A stretch of DNA of 64,000 bases from Trypanosoma brucei (Eukaryota). Below are positions 33,201 to 45,193 of the stretch, one piece after another. Made by a program: the position numbers and the translations under genes. Position 1 is the stretch's first letter. Every line of letters starts with the position of its first letter. Location of the stretch: the NCBI GenBank assembly GCA_000002445.1, contig CM000208.1:3360001-3424000 (forward strand), given 5' to 3'. Below the pieces are notes generated by a model. The model was given only the letters and a program-made list of their open reading frames with translations. It ran no database searches and was not told the DNA's origin.

Positions 33201-36200
33201 GAAAAGAAAAGGAAAGGAAAGGAAAGGCGTGTGTGCGTGTGTATGTGTGTGTATGTTTATGTTTGTGTGATGAAACGGGTATTAGGAGGTTCTGACTCTC
33301 TCTTTTATTTTCATCATCGTCTCAGTCAAAAATTACTTTGTTAAGCTTTAAACAACACATTAAACAAAAAAAAAAAAGAAAAAATGAAAAGGGGATTGAT
33401 AAGGAGGAACAATAACCAAAAAAAAAACAACAACAACAAGAGACTGTGAGTATCATTTTCTTTTCTTTTTTTATTTTTTATATTTTATTTTAAAAAAAGA
33501 GAGGGAAAAATAGAGGGAGAGACGAGGAAAAGGTGAAATGTGTCGGGAGGACACGCAACCCAAGACGAGGGAAGGAAAATATTTTTACTCAAATATTTCA
33601 AACTTCTTCTTTGTTTTTTGTTTTTTTTTCAAGTTTATTTATAAGAACAAACAAAAGATAAGTTCCCCCCACTCAAATCATTTCTAAAAGAGGGAACATA
33701 CTCAAGAAAGAGGTGTAATAAAAGGGAACTGAAGGAACACCCCCCAATTCCCTTCAAAATTTTTAAAAAAAAGAAAAAGAAAGGAAAATATAACTTTCAT
33801 TTCTGAGAATGCGCACAAATAAAGAGTAAGATAAGAGAGAAAGAAGGATTTTAAAAAAAGAAAAAGAAAAAGAAAAAAAGAGAGAGAGAGAGGAATGTAT
33901 GATAATAGATGGAAAAAGAAAGGAGAGGGGTCCAGCAACCGACAAAAATCACAAAACGCACAACAAAAGGAGCCGCACAAAAATAATAAATATTTTGATT
34001 TTTTTATTTTTCATTTCTTTTTCCTCTTCACCTCTTTACCTCTTCATTTTTCATCTCTTTCTTTCTTTTTTTTTCTTTCCACCTTCATCTCCTCTTGTGT
34101 CGTGACGTCGCCGTGCCTTCCACCCCTTTTAAATTAAGATAAAAGTGGGGAAACAAAAAGAATCTCTTCTTTTCCTTTCATTTCATTTTGTTTTTTTTCT
34201 TTCTTCCGGAATGGGCGGATTCATCTTTCTTTTTTTTTCCTCTTTTCTATAAGCACACATGTGCGGCTCGCAATGTTGTGTCCGCCGTGCGAAACAAGTC
34301 CGTGTTTTTTTTTTCTTATCTTTCTCTTTTTTTTACTTTTCTTAAATTTAACTCCTCCTCCCCCCTTCCCCAGTCCTGTTTCTCGCCCTTTCACTCTCGT
34401 ATCAAATCTACTTATGTCTTTTCTTACTTTTCACCTCTCCTCCACTTCTTTCTTTTCTCCTTTTTTTTTCTTTTTAAAGGTACAATACTTTGATCATATC
34501 TTGGATGCTCTCGAGGGATAAGTTTACCAATTTTGTTTTGTCTTCGTTACACTTTACCCCCTTTTCAAACACAAGCAATGCATTGGTATTTTATTTCCCT
34601 TTGTTGCTTGTTCCTTTCTCTATAAATATATAAATATATATAAATATAAATATATATATATATATTATATATATAGTTGTGTATTAAATATACTGCCTCT
34701 TCACTTACCGTTTTGTTGAAGTTCTCCCTTCTTCTTCTTTTCCATTTGTCATTCCTTTTCTTTTTTCGCTTTCTCGACGCTCAACTTTCGCACTTGTGGT
34801 TCTTTAAAATTCCTCTTCCGTTCCCTCTGCTCTTCAGTCACCACTGTAAAAATAATAAATCACAAGTTACATGTCAGTCAAAAATAAACAAATATATATA
34901 TATATATATTTGTTTATTTATAAATATATAATTTCCCCCTTCTTTTTATTCTTCTCTCCCTCCCCTTTTTTCTGCCACCGCCAATTAGAGCTGAACTCTC
35001 CCTCTTTTTTAATTCATTTCCTGTTCCCTGCGCTCAGAGTGAAAAAAAAATGGGAAGCAAAATCATTTAAAGAAACCAAAAGACAAGAACAAAAAAAAAA
35101 GAAAGAGAGATAACACTGGAGGAGGGGATTTTCATACGGCAGAGGTGGTAAAAAGAATCTGAAGGAGGAAACTTAAGTGAAGCTACAAAACAAAGAAGAA
35201 GTAAACAACCGAACAAAGCGAAACAAAAAAAAGAAAAGGAGAACTGGGAAAATAGAAGGGACGAGAAAATAACCAAACATGAATAAGCGAGAAGAGCGCG
35301 CAAACAAACACTTCACAGAAACACACCTCGTCTCGTCAGCCACTTGTGCTTGTGGACGAGGAAATATTTGTCTCTGTTTTAAACATGTCGTGTGATATAT
35401 ATATATATATATATATATATTTGTGTGTGTTGTGTGTGTGTGTAAAAAAGAAAAAAAAAGCGCGCATACACATTTTTTTTAAAAAATTGCAGTGACCGAG
35501 AGATGTAGCCAAAACACTTCATGGTTTTCTGCAGTGGGAAATACACCTGCACGTGCACGTACATGTACATATATATATGTATATATATATATATTGTGTG
35601 TGTGTGTGTGTGAGTTTGTGTGTATGGGAAGGAGGGTGTTGCATAAATAACAGCGGTAGAAGATCTATGCGTACCGTACACACATGACTCTTTGTATCCC
35701 TTTTTTCCCCTATTTTATTCCTTCATGCACAGAACTTTCTTTTACTTCTTCTTGTTCCTTTTCTTTTCACTCCGATACCCCTATTTTTTTTTTCTTGTCT
35801 TCTCTTCTCTTCCCTTCTTTTTTTCTTCTTTGTTTTTTTTTTTCAATTAAATCCATACACATACCACCCTGTCGCTTTTCACGAATACTTCCCCACATAT
35901 CAACTGTTGCAAGGAAAAATAATGTTTTTTTTTGTTTTATCTCAAAACGAAAACGAAAAAACAAACAAACAAAAAACAAAAAAAGATGCTACTTGGCTTT
36001 CTCCACTCACCCCCTCCCCAAGTAAGGCTCGTGCTCACGTTGGAACGTTCATTAACACAAACAAACTAGCTGTATTTTACCCAGTGGGAGGCGCGACTTT
36101 TCTTTTTTCTTTTCTTTGTTGTTGTTATTTTTCCTTCTCTCTTTTTTGTTACCTTTATTTATCTTCGCTTTCCCTCTAGTCGTAAACCCCATCTCCATCC

Positions 36201-36376
36201 CCATCCCCAAGTGATCCGAAATGGAAATCATTATTGGCGCTTTGGCACATAATCTCTCGGATTCGAGTCCTTTGATCCAGACGAAAAGAAAGAGAAGTCA
36301 AAAAGGAAAAAAAAAGAAAAAAAGAAAAAAAAAAGAAAGAAAACAAAAATCAGAGTGCTGTACCCTGTTGGAATAA
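30273..36376. repeat. 6.1-kb ORF-free low-complexity block (homopolymer, oligo-purine/oligo-pyrimidine and short tandem repeats)
   Basis: Alternating A/G-rich and T/C-rich blocks, e.g. (AAAACT)5 at about 31790, (GGAAA)n at about 33205, (TA)n and (TG/CA)n tracts, and long A- and T-runs. Every six-frame ORF here is short and low-complexity (F/L/K-rich). Confidence 0.8.
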
Positions 36377-38410
36377 CTACTCGGGTGGTGAAGGTACGTC
36401 TTCCTCCCACACCCTCGCGACGGCATCTTGATAATCCCTCATGGCTTGCAACATCAAATACGGTGGCAGCGTGGCCAGCGTCCTCAGCAACTTGAGAAAG
36501 CTGCTTAAGACATCATCACCCTGAGTCCGTTGCAACGCGTCATCCATTTCCTCAATGATGAAGGGATCACAGAAGAGAACATTGTTCGGTTGAAAACTCA
36601 CCTCCGGCCCGCGGTCATCCAAAAGAATTACACGATCGAGTGGCCGCCCCAACAGTGAAAGGTCTTTTTTATAGGTATCCCCCACGGCCGTGCAGTGGTG
36701 CCTGTAGAGCCGATGTGCTTTATGGTGAGGGTCCAGATGGTCGAAGATCGAGGTCGCGTACTCCTCTGTACCCGTAGTAAAGAATACAACTTCAAATGTT
36801 TCAAAGCAGTACTCCAGAAGCTCCTTTGCGAAGGGTCTGATACAAACATAAAGACGTTGTTGGAGGCGAGAGCGTGCGCTACACATTGGCGAGAGTTGTG
36901 CTTTCCGGTTGACTAGTTGTGGTGATGAGGGTTGTGATGGGGTGGAGGCACACGCCTTATCTGGTTCATAACCCTCACTACCACAACCTGCGCTGGCTGC
37001 CGCATAGGTGCCGACCTGATCAGCAGAAGTTGGTATGTTCAGTTCGATCTCCAAATGAAAGGAATTCTCCGCCGGGTTCCACCACGAGGGGCGCCTCTCA
37101 AAGGTATGCACAAGGGTGTCATCCAAGTCGAGACAACACGTTGTACGTCCTACATGTTCGCTGCGCTGTTCTGGGAGAAGATACTGCGTTACTTTTCCCC
37201 GGTCCACAGACCCCTGGCGAACAGGTGAGAAATAACCCGAATGATGCGGAGCTGCCTGGACGTCGGGAACATGGAGCTCAGGAGAAGCGCTTGCGCACCT
37301 CTGGGGAGCACAATCTTCCATATGTTCCTGTCGTCGATGGTTACAATGCGGTTCTTCAGCACCCACGCACCTACTAGTAGTAAACCCACGGTCTACCTCC
37401 AAGTAAGAAAGCAGATCGCGCAATAACTGTCCTACAGGCCTGTCAGGGGGCGCCACCGAACTCGCTACCGGTTGAGTGGTCTCCGGCACATATATTTCCC
37501 CTTCGCCGCTGTCGGTGATGTTGGGTGGTTGAATAGTTGACCAGCAATCCGAAAGCCCGCCGTGCCCGCTGGGGCGATCGTGGTTTTTCGCACTTCCACT
37601 GAAAGTTGTTTGATTTTTTGTGTGCCGGGACTGGGAGCTAGGAGCTGAGTTCGTGTCCGATTCATTGGATGAAGGAGTAAGGCCATCCGGTATCAACTGA
37701 TCCAATTCTTTTTTAGGTGATGGGTGCAGCACCTGCGTCGGTTGACGGGAGCTTTTGCGAGTAAGAACACTGGTCATGCCGCCGAAAGCTGCTACTGCTC
37801 CCCCACAGGACACTGGACTGCTATTCTGCGTGCTGGGATACACCGTACCACATTCTACATCTAGTTGTCCGTCTCTCCCACCAAACCGACTCCATGGTGA
37901 GAGCCAACAGGACGTGAGAGCGGGAGACGACTGCGATGGCGTATCTGTTGGGGTGTCGGGTTTACTCAGCTCCTCGAAGCATCCAACAGAAGCGGACCTG
38001 TAAGCTCGGTGGGGAGGAATGTTACCAACTGCCCGCGCTGCAACGTCCTGTTTATCAACTGATGGGTGAATATCAGAACGGCGACCTGCCACAGCTGGAA
38101 CGAGGGTGCTAGGAAGAGCAGAAAATATATTGAATGAGGTGCCATACGGACTGTGACGATATTTCTGGTGGTGCACATTATGCTTCACCTTTCCGCAACT
38201 AGTAGTCGAGATGCCTGATGATCCGCCCATCCCCCAAGTTGTCGATAGTCCTGGATATGGCACGCTGTAGGCACGTGCGAGGCGCAGCGGACTTTGCTGA
38301 TGAGCGCGTACTGAACTATCATGTGGTGAACCCCACTCTTCATAATCCCGTGTCTCCATCTTTCCGTATTGTGGGTTGTCAGGCGGTGCGACGAATCCAC
38401 TACGTCGCAT
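36377..38410 (-). CDS. NIF/FCP1-homology (CTD small phosphatase-like) domain protein
   Basis: 677 aa. The C-terminal region has the DxDxT catalytic signature in context (LDLDDTLVHT). The NIF-domain core follows (YVCIRPFAKELLEYCFETFEVVFFTTGTEEYATSIFDHLDP...VILLDDRGPEVSFQPNNVL). The N-terminal 400 aa are S/P-rich and low-complexity. Confidence 0.7.
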   Translation of the reverse strand: MRRSGFVAPPDNPQYGKMETRDYEEWGSPHDSSVRAHQQSPLRLARAYSVPYPGLSTTWGMGGSSGISTTSCGKVKHNVHHQKYRHSPYGTSFNIFSALPSTLVPAVAGRRSDIHPSVDKQDVAARAVGNIPPHRAYRSASVGCFEELSKPDTPTDTPSQSSPALTSCWLSPWSRFGGRDGQLDVECGTVYPSTQNSSPVSCGGAVAAFGGMTSVLTRKSSRQPTQVLHPSPKKELDQLIPDGLTPSSNESDTNSAPSSQSRHTKNQTTFSGSAKNHDRPSGHGGLSDCWSTIQPPNITDSGEGEIYVPETTQPVASSVAPPDRPVGQLLRDLLSYLEVDRGFTTSRCVGAEEPHCNHRRQEHMEDCAPQRCASASPELHVPDVQAAPHHSGYFSPVRQGSVDRGKVTQYLLPEQRSEHVGRTTCCLDLDDTLVHTFERRPSWWNPAENSFHLEIELNIPTSADQVGTYAAASAGCGSEGYEPDKACASTPSQPSSPQLVNRKAQLSPMCSARSRLQQRLYVCIRPFAKELLEYCFETFEVVFFTTGTEEYATSIFDHLDPHHKAHRLYRHHCTAVGDTYKKDLSLLGRPLDRVILLDDRGPEVSFQPNNVLFCDPFIIEEMDDALQRTQGDDVLSSFLKLLRTLATLPPYLMLQAMRDYQDAVARVWEEDVPSPPE

Positions 38411-39164
38411 TGCTGACCCTGTTGCACCGGTTCCTTAGTGATATTAAGACGACTCTGATAATTGATATCTGGGTACAACTTAGGTTTTTTACTGTGCACA
38501 AATTTAACAACACGACCACACGCGAATAAAAATGCAAATTATATAAAAAAAAAGCGAAACAGAGGGGGAAAAAATAAAGAGCAATGATAAAGGGTGAAAA
38601 CAGGAAGTAAACGAAAGGGACCTAGCACTATAAAATAGCGAGAGGTGAAATGCGAGAGTAGAAACAAACAAAAAACCGCAGAACAAAATGAAAGCAGAGA
38701 ATGTAAGCACCGAAGGTGAGAAAAGGCGAAAAAGAAATCTCGCTTCCCTTCCTTTGGTTCACCCCTTCCCCGTCCTCACACATTCGTCGTAGGGCCGCAA
38801 CGTCGTTAAAAAAGATAAACGGATACGTCAAATTAGTTTTCTCCTGGTGAGATGTACACCAACCAGCCGTCTTCTTTAAGAAATTCGATACGAAGAAAGC
38901 TATGGCGTTTTATTTGCTGTTTGTACCACGCGAGCTGAACGTCAAAACCAACCGCCTCTCTCTCTCAAACAACCAACCAAAAGGAAAATGAAAAAAAAAG
39001 GCAATCTTCCGGCTCTCCACACACACACACATACACACATACATACGCAAACACTCCATGAAGGCTTAAAAAGCCAACCACCGGTGACACCACCACCAGG
39101 AACAAAAGGGACAACAACATCACCACCGTGTTGTAACGGCCAACACACCAAGTATGCATTAGTG

Positions 39165-40076
39165 TTATTTTTCATGGAAACGATAACAACTACAATAACG
39201 ACGAACCACTTCGTATGTTGTAAAGAAGACACTACCGCCGATGGAAATCCACGTTACGCGAGGAACTGCACCGCGGAAGAATCGCTGCATGGGCCCCCAC
39301 CTATCCGTTGGGCGCGGTACTTCATGAAGTAACTCCTGAAGCGCACCACACACCACTGAAAGTTTTTTTGGGCGCCCCGCCCTCGGGCTGCTCACCTGTC
39401 CAAGCATAATGCGCGTCTTCAGAAGGTCTAGCGGTGTTGTAATAAATGCGGCGGTAGCGCCTCCTAATGCGCCACATAGTGGTAAGTAATGGGGCCGTCT
39501 GTCTGTGTGCAGTGCCACTTTGAGTGCCTCATAGCACAACATCTGTATGACAGCGAAAGGGACATCACGTAGCAGCATGACAGGTATCCCACTGAGAAGG
39601 TTCGGAATACCTCGTACTCGCATGCTTGTTGGTGCTGTATCCGTAGCAACACCAGGTGTAACACCGTGAGTTATGTGTACCAATGCGCTGCGCAGGTTCC
39701 TGTGTTGCCCCGCCTGAAGCCGCTGCTTCAGCATCTCTATCGGGACACGAATGCAGGAGGCTGTTGTTTCACCCACCACAGCGGCAGTCGCCTGCGACGC
39801 AAGTTGCCACTGTTTTCTCCCTGCATAAGTCACATCACTTTGCCCATCATCTTCCCCCAACAGAGCCCGCTTTGTCAAGTCGTAACCAACAAAAAATGCC
39901 GCACCACTCGGAACGGAACCAATGGCCACGGCACTGAGGCCACGATAAACGCCGACGAATCCCCCCGCACGGCGGAATCCGTCTCGTGACTGCAGTCGAG
40001 TTTTGATAGTGTCAATCGGGTACAGTGTAAAGTCCACGACAAGACCAGCCGCCGCACCTGCCACAAACGAGTCCAT
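39165..40076 (-). CDS. Mitochondrial carrier family protein, S-adenosylmethionine carrier (SAMC/Pet8)-like
   Basis: 303 aa with tripartite MCF structure. The N-terminus FVAGAAAGLVVDFTLYPIDTIKTRLQSRDGFRRAGGFVGVYRGL...GSVPSGAAFFVGYD matches SAMC (FVASLVAGAAAG...LFPLDTIKTRLQS..GF..AGGF.GIYAGVPS..GSFPNAAAFF.TYE). Confidence 0.8.
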   Translation of the reverse strand: MDSFVAGAAAGLVVDFTLYPIDTIKTRLQSRDGFRRAGGFVGVYRGLSAVAIGSVPSGAAFFVGYDLTKRALLGEDDGQSDVTYAGRKQWQLASQATAAVVGETTASCIRVPIEMLKQRLQAGQHRNLRSALVHITHGVTPGVATDTAPTSMRVRGIPNLLSGIPVMLLRDVPFAVIQMLCYEALKVALHTDRRPHYLPLCGALGGATAAFITTPLDLLKTRIMLGQVSSPRAGRPKKLSVVCGALQELLHEVPRPTDRWGPMQRFFRGAVPRVTWISIGGSVFFTTYEVVRRYCSCYRFHEK

Positions 40077-41938
40077 TCACGTGGCCTCTTTTATGGTGCG
40101 CAACCACTTGCAAACAAAACAAATATAATATAAATACGAGAAGTTCGAGGTTAGGAAGAAGAAGGGAGAAATAAATACAGTTGACAACATATCAAAAGTG
40201 AAAAAGGAAGGTACAATACAAGTAAGGTACGCACAAAAATTCTGTGTGTGTGTGTGTGTGGAAATCAGAACAAGTCACATCCATTCCTACCACTAGGAAA
40301 GGGTAAAACAAGTAACGCGGGAGGTGGGGGTGGGAGGCAGAGGAAGTATCAAAAAATGAAAAAAAAAATAAATGAATAGCATTGTTTCTCCTTACCCCCT
40401 CACTTCAGCTGACTTTCAGTGCTCGTCTTTCTTCTCCCCCGCTTTTTTTTTTGCTTTTTCTCACCTTCAGAACATAACATCCTCATCTAATAAAGTAGCC
40501 ATTTACGACACCCTTAACCACCTGTCCGTCACGCCAACGTTTGAGAGGGACCGCACATAATCACACAAATAATTAAATAGATTGAACAGAGAAAACGAGA
40601 AAAAGGTGGTGGAAATAAACACATAGACAAGACAGTGCAGGAGGGAAAATAAATTTGTGTTCGTGGCGCCAGCACAAAATGACGCGACACGCTCAATGGG
40701 GAGGGGAGTTTAAAAAAAAAAAAGCAAAGCAAAACAGTGAGGAAGAGCGCCAAGACACACTCTGCGCATGACTGCAGCACCTTTCCCCTTTTCAGTCGGT
40801 GAACAAATAGGTCGAACCCCTGTTACCCCCTCCTGCAAATAGATAAATTGCCTCTTCTTCTTCCGCTTCCCCTTTACCCCGTGATTTTCTCTGTTGTCAT
40901 TCTTTTTTCTTTACCTTAAAAAAAAATACATTTCCTCCCGCCAAAGGAAATACCCTCATCGTAAAGACTGAACTTCACAGAGACGGGTAGAGGGGTGAAG
41001 GGACAGCGACGACAAAGGGAGACGGCACATAATTCCTGGTGTTTCAATTTTTCCTTCTCCCTTTCCCTCTCCTTTATTTCCCATTTTCAACATTGTTCGT
41101 CGCGTCACTTCGCAAAAAGAAAAGAAAGGAGGGACATTCCCCCCTACCCCTTACACACGGCCCCATACACAAACAAAAAAACATGATACATTTCTTTACC
41201 CCCTCTCTCTCTCTCTCTTCCTTTCTCTTTTCCCTTTCCCTTTCCCAGATAGGGCAACTTTTTTTCTTTCGTTAATCCCTCAACATGCTATTAGGAAGTG
41301 TGGAATAGAGTGAAATGGGTTATGTTGGGGTAAAAGGACAGCACACAAATACGGCAGCAACTAAACAAAAGGCAAGTCTCCCCCTCCTCCTCCTGCTACC
41401 TCTCGCGGTGACGGAGAGAGGGGAGAAAAGGCCAGGGATCAAATGAGAAATGTTGACAGCCACAAAAGAGGGAAGACAGAAAGAACCGTACTTTAAAAAA
41501 ATGAAGAAAAGAGTCCACGATGATGAAAATGCAAATAAAAGCAAGGAAAAGTCAGGGAAAACGAAGATGTGTGTGTGCGTGTGTGTGTATAGACACATTC
41601 CAGACACGCGAACAGTTGTAATGCATGTCAAACACCAATTACCGCACAGAAACTGGCGGTCCATCACAAAACTGAAAGAATATGAAATGCACTAAGTGAG
41701 ATCCCCCAACGTTACATAAATACATACACGCACAGGAGTGAACATCGTCGTACTTGAATTATTAATATTATTTGTTTGTTTGCATGGCTCCTTCTACACA
41801 CCTCGTCCCTCTTTTTTCCCATGCACCTAGGGTGCATGTGTGTGGATAGAGGCTTCAAAAAAGTCATCTTAACACAGAGGATTCACACACACACACACAC
41901 ACGAACAAAAAAAAAAACACTTTTCTTACATTCACATA

Positions 41939-44900
41939 TTACACATCCCCTGAATGCGTGGGTGTCCTTCCATCAGTAGATGACGAATAGGTTAGCGAAG
42001 CGCACAAACTACTACCACTTCTTCGTCCTTGATAATTGTGTGGATGCGGATCAGAAACCGCCACTACACTCTTCGTTATTGAGGCTAGATTCCGTGGCCG
42101 CGATGTGCTTCCCAAACTGTGGCGAACATTAGGTGACGCTCGCACAGTTCCTCTGAAGAAGGAGTTGCCAACTCGCGATACAGTCGAGTGTCCTTCCAAA
42201 CCGCTCTCGACGTTATCAGTGGTACCGGTGGCCGACAATTCATTCATTTTGGCCGTGATTTGTGCTTTAATGTTGTCACTAAAGGTCACCACGAGACTGG
42301 GAGACCGCTCAATGACCTTGCATTGAACGTCTTCTGGATCAATATTCAGCGGAATGCGAAGACATTTCTCAGGGTCACCCGTAGGAACGGGAAAGCACAT
42401 GCATAACCTTCCATTCACGTCACGTTTTACATTTTCTGGCAGACGCGATCTTATTGAAGAAGGTAGTAGATGACTTGCCCCTTCACGCGGGACATCCTCG
42501 CTGCTTTGAGCTGTGGAGGGAGATGTGGGTTTCGGCGACGACGGCGTCACTCTTGTCAGTGGCTGGAGACATTGCGATGTTGTTGGCGAAATGTTTAACG
42601 CCTGTTGAGAGTACCGCGACGGAGAGACAACACGTGACCCAAAGGAGGAACTTGACAGGAGCGACATGCTTTGATTGTGTGCTAATGGTACAAAGCGGCT
42701 GTTGCGGCACGTGGAGCTTCGTACGGTAGACGTAAGTGATACATTACTGTTGTCATTGCTTGCCGGGTCCACTTGCGGTGTGTTACAAGGGGAGTTTGAC
42801 AGGACGTTAGCCCCGGGTCCGTTAATACTGCCCGGATAAACGGGAGTTTTGCTGCATGCATCGAGGGTGAAGTTGTGCTTGCCGTCCGTGCGCACACGAG
42901 GAACATTCAGAAAGGCGTCGTCTATATCAGCGCTTACTTCCACCTGATCGTCGTCAGCGACAGTAGCGAACTCTAAGTTTCCATCGTCAGTGATACGCAA
43001 ATACTGGGGGGAGGTCAATGAGGTCGAGAACGAGGTGCTCTGAGGGAAAACAAAGTTTCCGGCCGACGCCCCACGGGGTACGGTGTAGCTGAAGGTGTCA
43101 TGGAGTGCTGCATCTAAGCAAATGGTTGGGCTTGTCGAGGCACCACCTGCACCGCTGAAACAGCTAGCCGCTGGACTTTCAGAGCGGCTGTTACCCATCG
43201 TTGCCTGAAGCTCTAAGGGACGTCTTTCACCTGCGCTAAGTGTATTCGTGATGTCATCGCTCTTGTGCTGCAGCTCAGTTTGCTGAGAAACACGTAAGGG
43301 GGTAGCGGGTACTCCCTTGATTCCACCGGCAATCCATACATTGCACATCTCCACCGAGATACGGGCAGAAACCTCCTCAAGTTCATTCTGGCACAACTGC
43401 TCCTCATCTGCTACACCGTACGTGGACTGCCAATTTTGACTAACGGACACTCCAGCGCCTGTGAAGAGAGAGTCAGGATGTAGCCTCCGCCCCGTGATCC
43501 ACGGGTGCTTAAGAAGTTCCACTGCTTCGGGTCTCTGGGACACGTTACGAATGAAGCACTGCTCCAAAAAGTGAATGAACTCTGGGCTAAAGTCAAATTC
43601 CTCTTCGTTCGGCGGCAGTACAAGTGGGGACTCACTTGTTGTGGTGATGTAAAACATAAGAGGAATATGATCACGCACACCCGTGTGGTACCACGGTAAT
43701 TTACCCGTTGCAAGTTCAAACAGCGAGCATCCCATCGACCAGATATCGGATTTGTGAGTCCCCTCTCCTTTGATGAACTCGGGTGCCATGTACAAGGGTG
43801 TTCCAATTACGCAATTTGTGGACTTATTCAGTTCATTTACACGCTTGCAGCATCCGAAATCACACAACTTCACCACGCCATCATGGCTCACAAGGATATT
43901 AGCTGGTTTAATATCACGGTGCAAGAACCCCTTTTGGTGAATGAAGGCTATAGCCTCCAACAAATGCCGAGAAAATCTGCGCAGTATCGTCTCCTGAAGG
44001 GGCCCAAACCGCTCCAATAGAGAAAGTGTCGATCCACCCGTATGCAGTTCCATCACAATTCGACACACTTTTTGCGAAACACTGTGCTCAAAAAATATGT
44101 ACGAGACAATATTCGGGTGTTTCAGAGACTTCAGAACGCCAAATTCCTTACTAATGGCGCGAAACCCCTCTTGATCATTCACCTCCGCCATATTAATCTC
44201 CTTAATGGCGACGAGGCTCCCAGTGACACAGTCCACCCCAGCATAAACTTTCGCGAAGCCACCCACCCCAATTAGCGGGCCTTTATGGATGTCCACTGGG
44301 TGAGTCGTGTTCCCATTACCGATTGGTGTTCCGGTGAGCGCTATGTGGGATGCGAGTGATCGCACAAGCCCTGACAGTTCTTTCCTTGCCGCAGACGTAA
44401 AGCACCCACTACCTCCCCTGTTCACCAACCGCGGGGAACCACCCATAGCGTAGTAAGCAACCGATCTTGGGGGCGTTCCTCCGCTGGCTGCCATCGACGG
44501 CAGACCGAACCAGTACATTCCTGGAAGCGGACTAGGTGAAGCAGACGAAGGTGATGCACGACCGGTGACATGAGAGTTGCTTGCATTGACTCCACCGGCA
44601 TCTCCTGTGCCAGCAGGACCACTAATGCTTGCACCGTGTGAAGGACTAAAAGGAATTGAGTGACGCCAGCCATCCAACCGTGGTGACTCTATACAGGGGC
44701 GTGGTGACACACTCAACGACGAGTGGGCCCCACCGTTCGGTAGGGGCACGTAACCTCCACCCAGTGACATTCGTTGACTGAACAAAAACGACCTTTGAGG
44801 CGGAGCCGCTGCTCGTCCAGGACTGAACATGCAAAAGGAACAACTCCATTCCTGTACACTACCCATAAGGCTGGCGACAGTACTTGTGTTGCTCAGGCTT

Positions 44901-45193
44901 CTCCCGTTACGTGAGTGCTGTTTGCTTGAAAATGCAACGCGATAACTCCCATTGCGTTTTGCTGCGCCGCTGCGCCTGTAACCCCGCGGCGGAGGGGTGT
45001 TTGGTGACTTGTTGCTTATCACAGACGATTCCGCAACAAAACGGCGGTAGCGCCCCGTGCGCGTCGACCCAGGCGGACCAGCGGTAGACGTGCTGCTGTT
45101 ATCGTCATCGTCGTCATTGGGATCGCTCTCCGATGCATCGTTAAAGCGTTGGGGTGGAGGTGTTGCGTGTAATTCCTCCATCGAACTCATCAA
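41939..45193 (-). CDS. Serine/threonine protein kinase (STE/MAP3K-like catalytic domain, long C-terminal extension)
   Basis: 1084 aa. Catalytic domain includes GxGxFAKVY, VAIKEI (VAIK), HRDIKPANILV, DFG (LCDFGCCK), GTPLYMAPE, SDIWSMGC. Low-complexity S/P-rich regions follow. Confidence 0.85.
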   Translation of the reverse strand: MMSSMEELHATPPPQRFNDASESDPNDDDDDNSSTSTAGPPGSTRTGRYRRFVAESSVISNKSPNTPPPRGYRRSGAAKRNGSYRVAFSSKQHSRNGRSLSNTSTVASLMGSVQEWSCSFCMFSPGRAAAPPQRSFLFSQRMSLGGGYVPLPNGGAHSSLSVSPRPCIESPRLDGWRHSIPFSPSHGASISGPAGTGDAGGVNASNSHVTGRASPSSASPSPLPGMYWFGLPSMAASGGTPPRSVAYYAMGGSPRLVNRGGSGCFTSAARKELSGLVRSLASHIALTGTPIGNGNTTHPVDIHKGPLIGVGGFAKVYAGVDCVTGSLVAIKEINMAEVNDQEGFRAISKEFGVLKSLKHPNIVSYIFFEHSVSQKVCRIVMELHTGGSTLSLLERFGPLQETILRRFSRHLLEAIAFIHQKGFLHRDIKPANILVSHDGVVKLCDFGCCKRVNELNKSTNCVIGTPLYMAPEFIKGEGTHKSDIWSMGCSLFELATGKLPWYHTGVRDHIPLMFYITTTSESPLVLPPNEEEFDFSPEFIHFLEQCFIRNVSQRPEAVELLKHPWITGRRLHPDSLFTGAGVSVSQNWQSTYGVADEEQLCQNELEEVSARISVEMCNVWIAGGIKGVPATPLRVSQQTELQHKSDDITNTLSAGERRPLELQATMGNSRSESPAASCFSGAGGASTSPTICLDAALHDTFSYTVPRGASAGNFVFPQSTSFSTSLTSPQYLRITDDGNLEFATVADDDQVEVSADIDDAFLNVPRVRTDGKHNFTLDACSKTPVYPGSINGPGANVLSNSPCNTPQVDPASNDNSNVSLTSTVRSSTCRNSRFVPLAHNQSMSLLSSSSFGSRVVSPSRYSQQALNISPTTSQCLQPLTRVTPSSPKPTSPSTAQSSEDVPREGASHLLPSSIRSRLPENVKRDVNGRLCMCFPVPTGDPEKCLRIPLNIDPEDVQCKVIERSPSLVVTFSDNIKAQITAKMNELSATGTTDNVESGLEGHSTVSRVGNSFFRGTVRASPNVRHSLGSTSRPRNLASITKSVVAVSDPHPHNYQGRRSGSSLCASLTYSSSTDGRTPTHSGDV

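Noticed and set aside
30247-36179. Numerous 60-115-aa ORFs (F/L/S/K-rich) throughout the low-complexity island
   Set aside because: They are produced by homopolymer and short-repeat sequence. The peptides are pure low-complexity, and no frame is maintained across repeats.
30273-36376. Possibility that the 6-kb AT/low-complexity block is a strand-switch region or centromere
   Set aside because: Flanking genes on both sides are on the same (minus) strand, so it is not a divergent or convergent switch. There are no long tandem arrays of a 100-200-bp unit as in trypanosome centromeres. Only short microsatellites and homopolymers are present.
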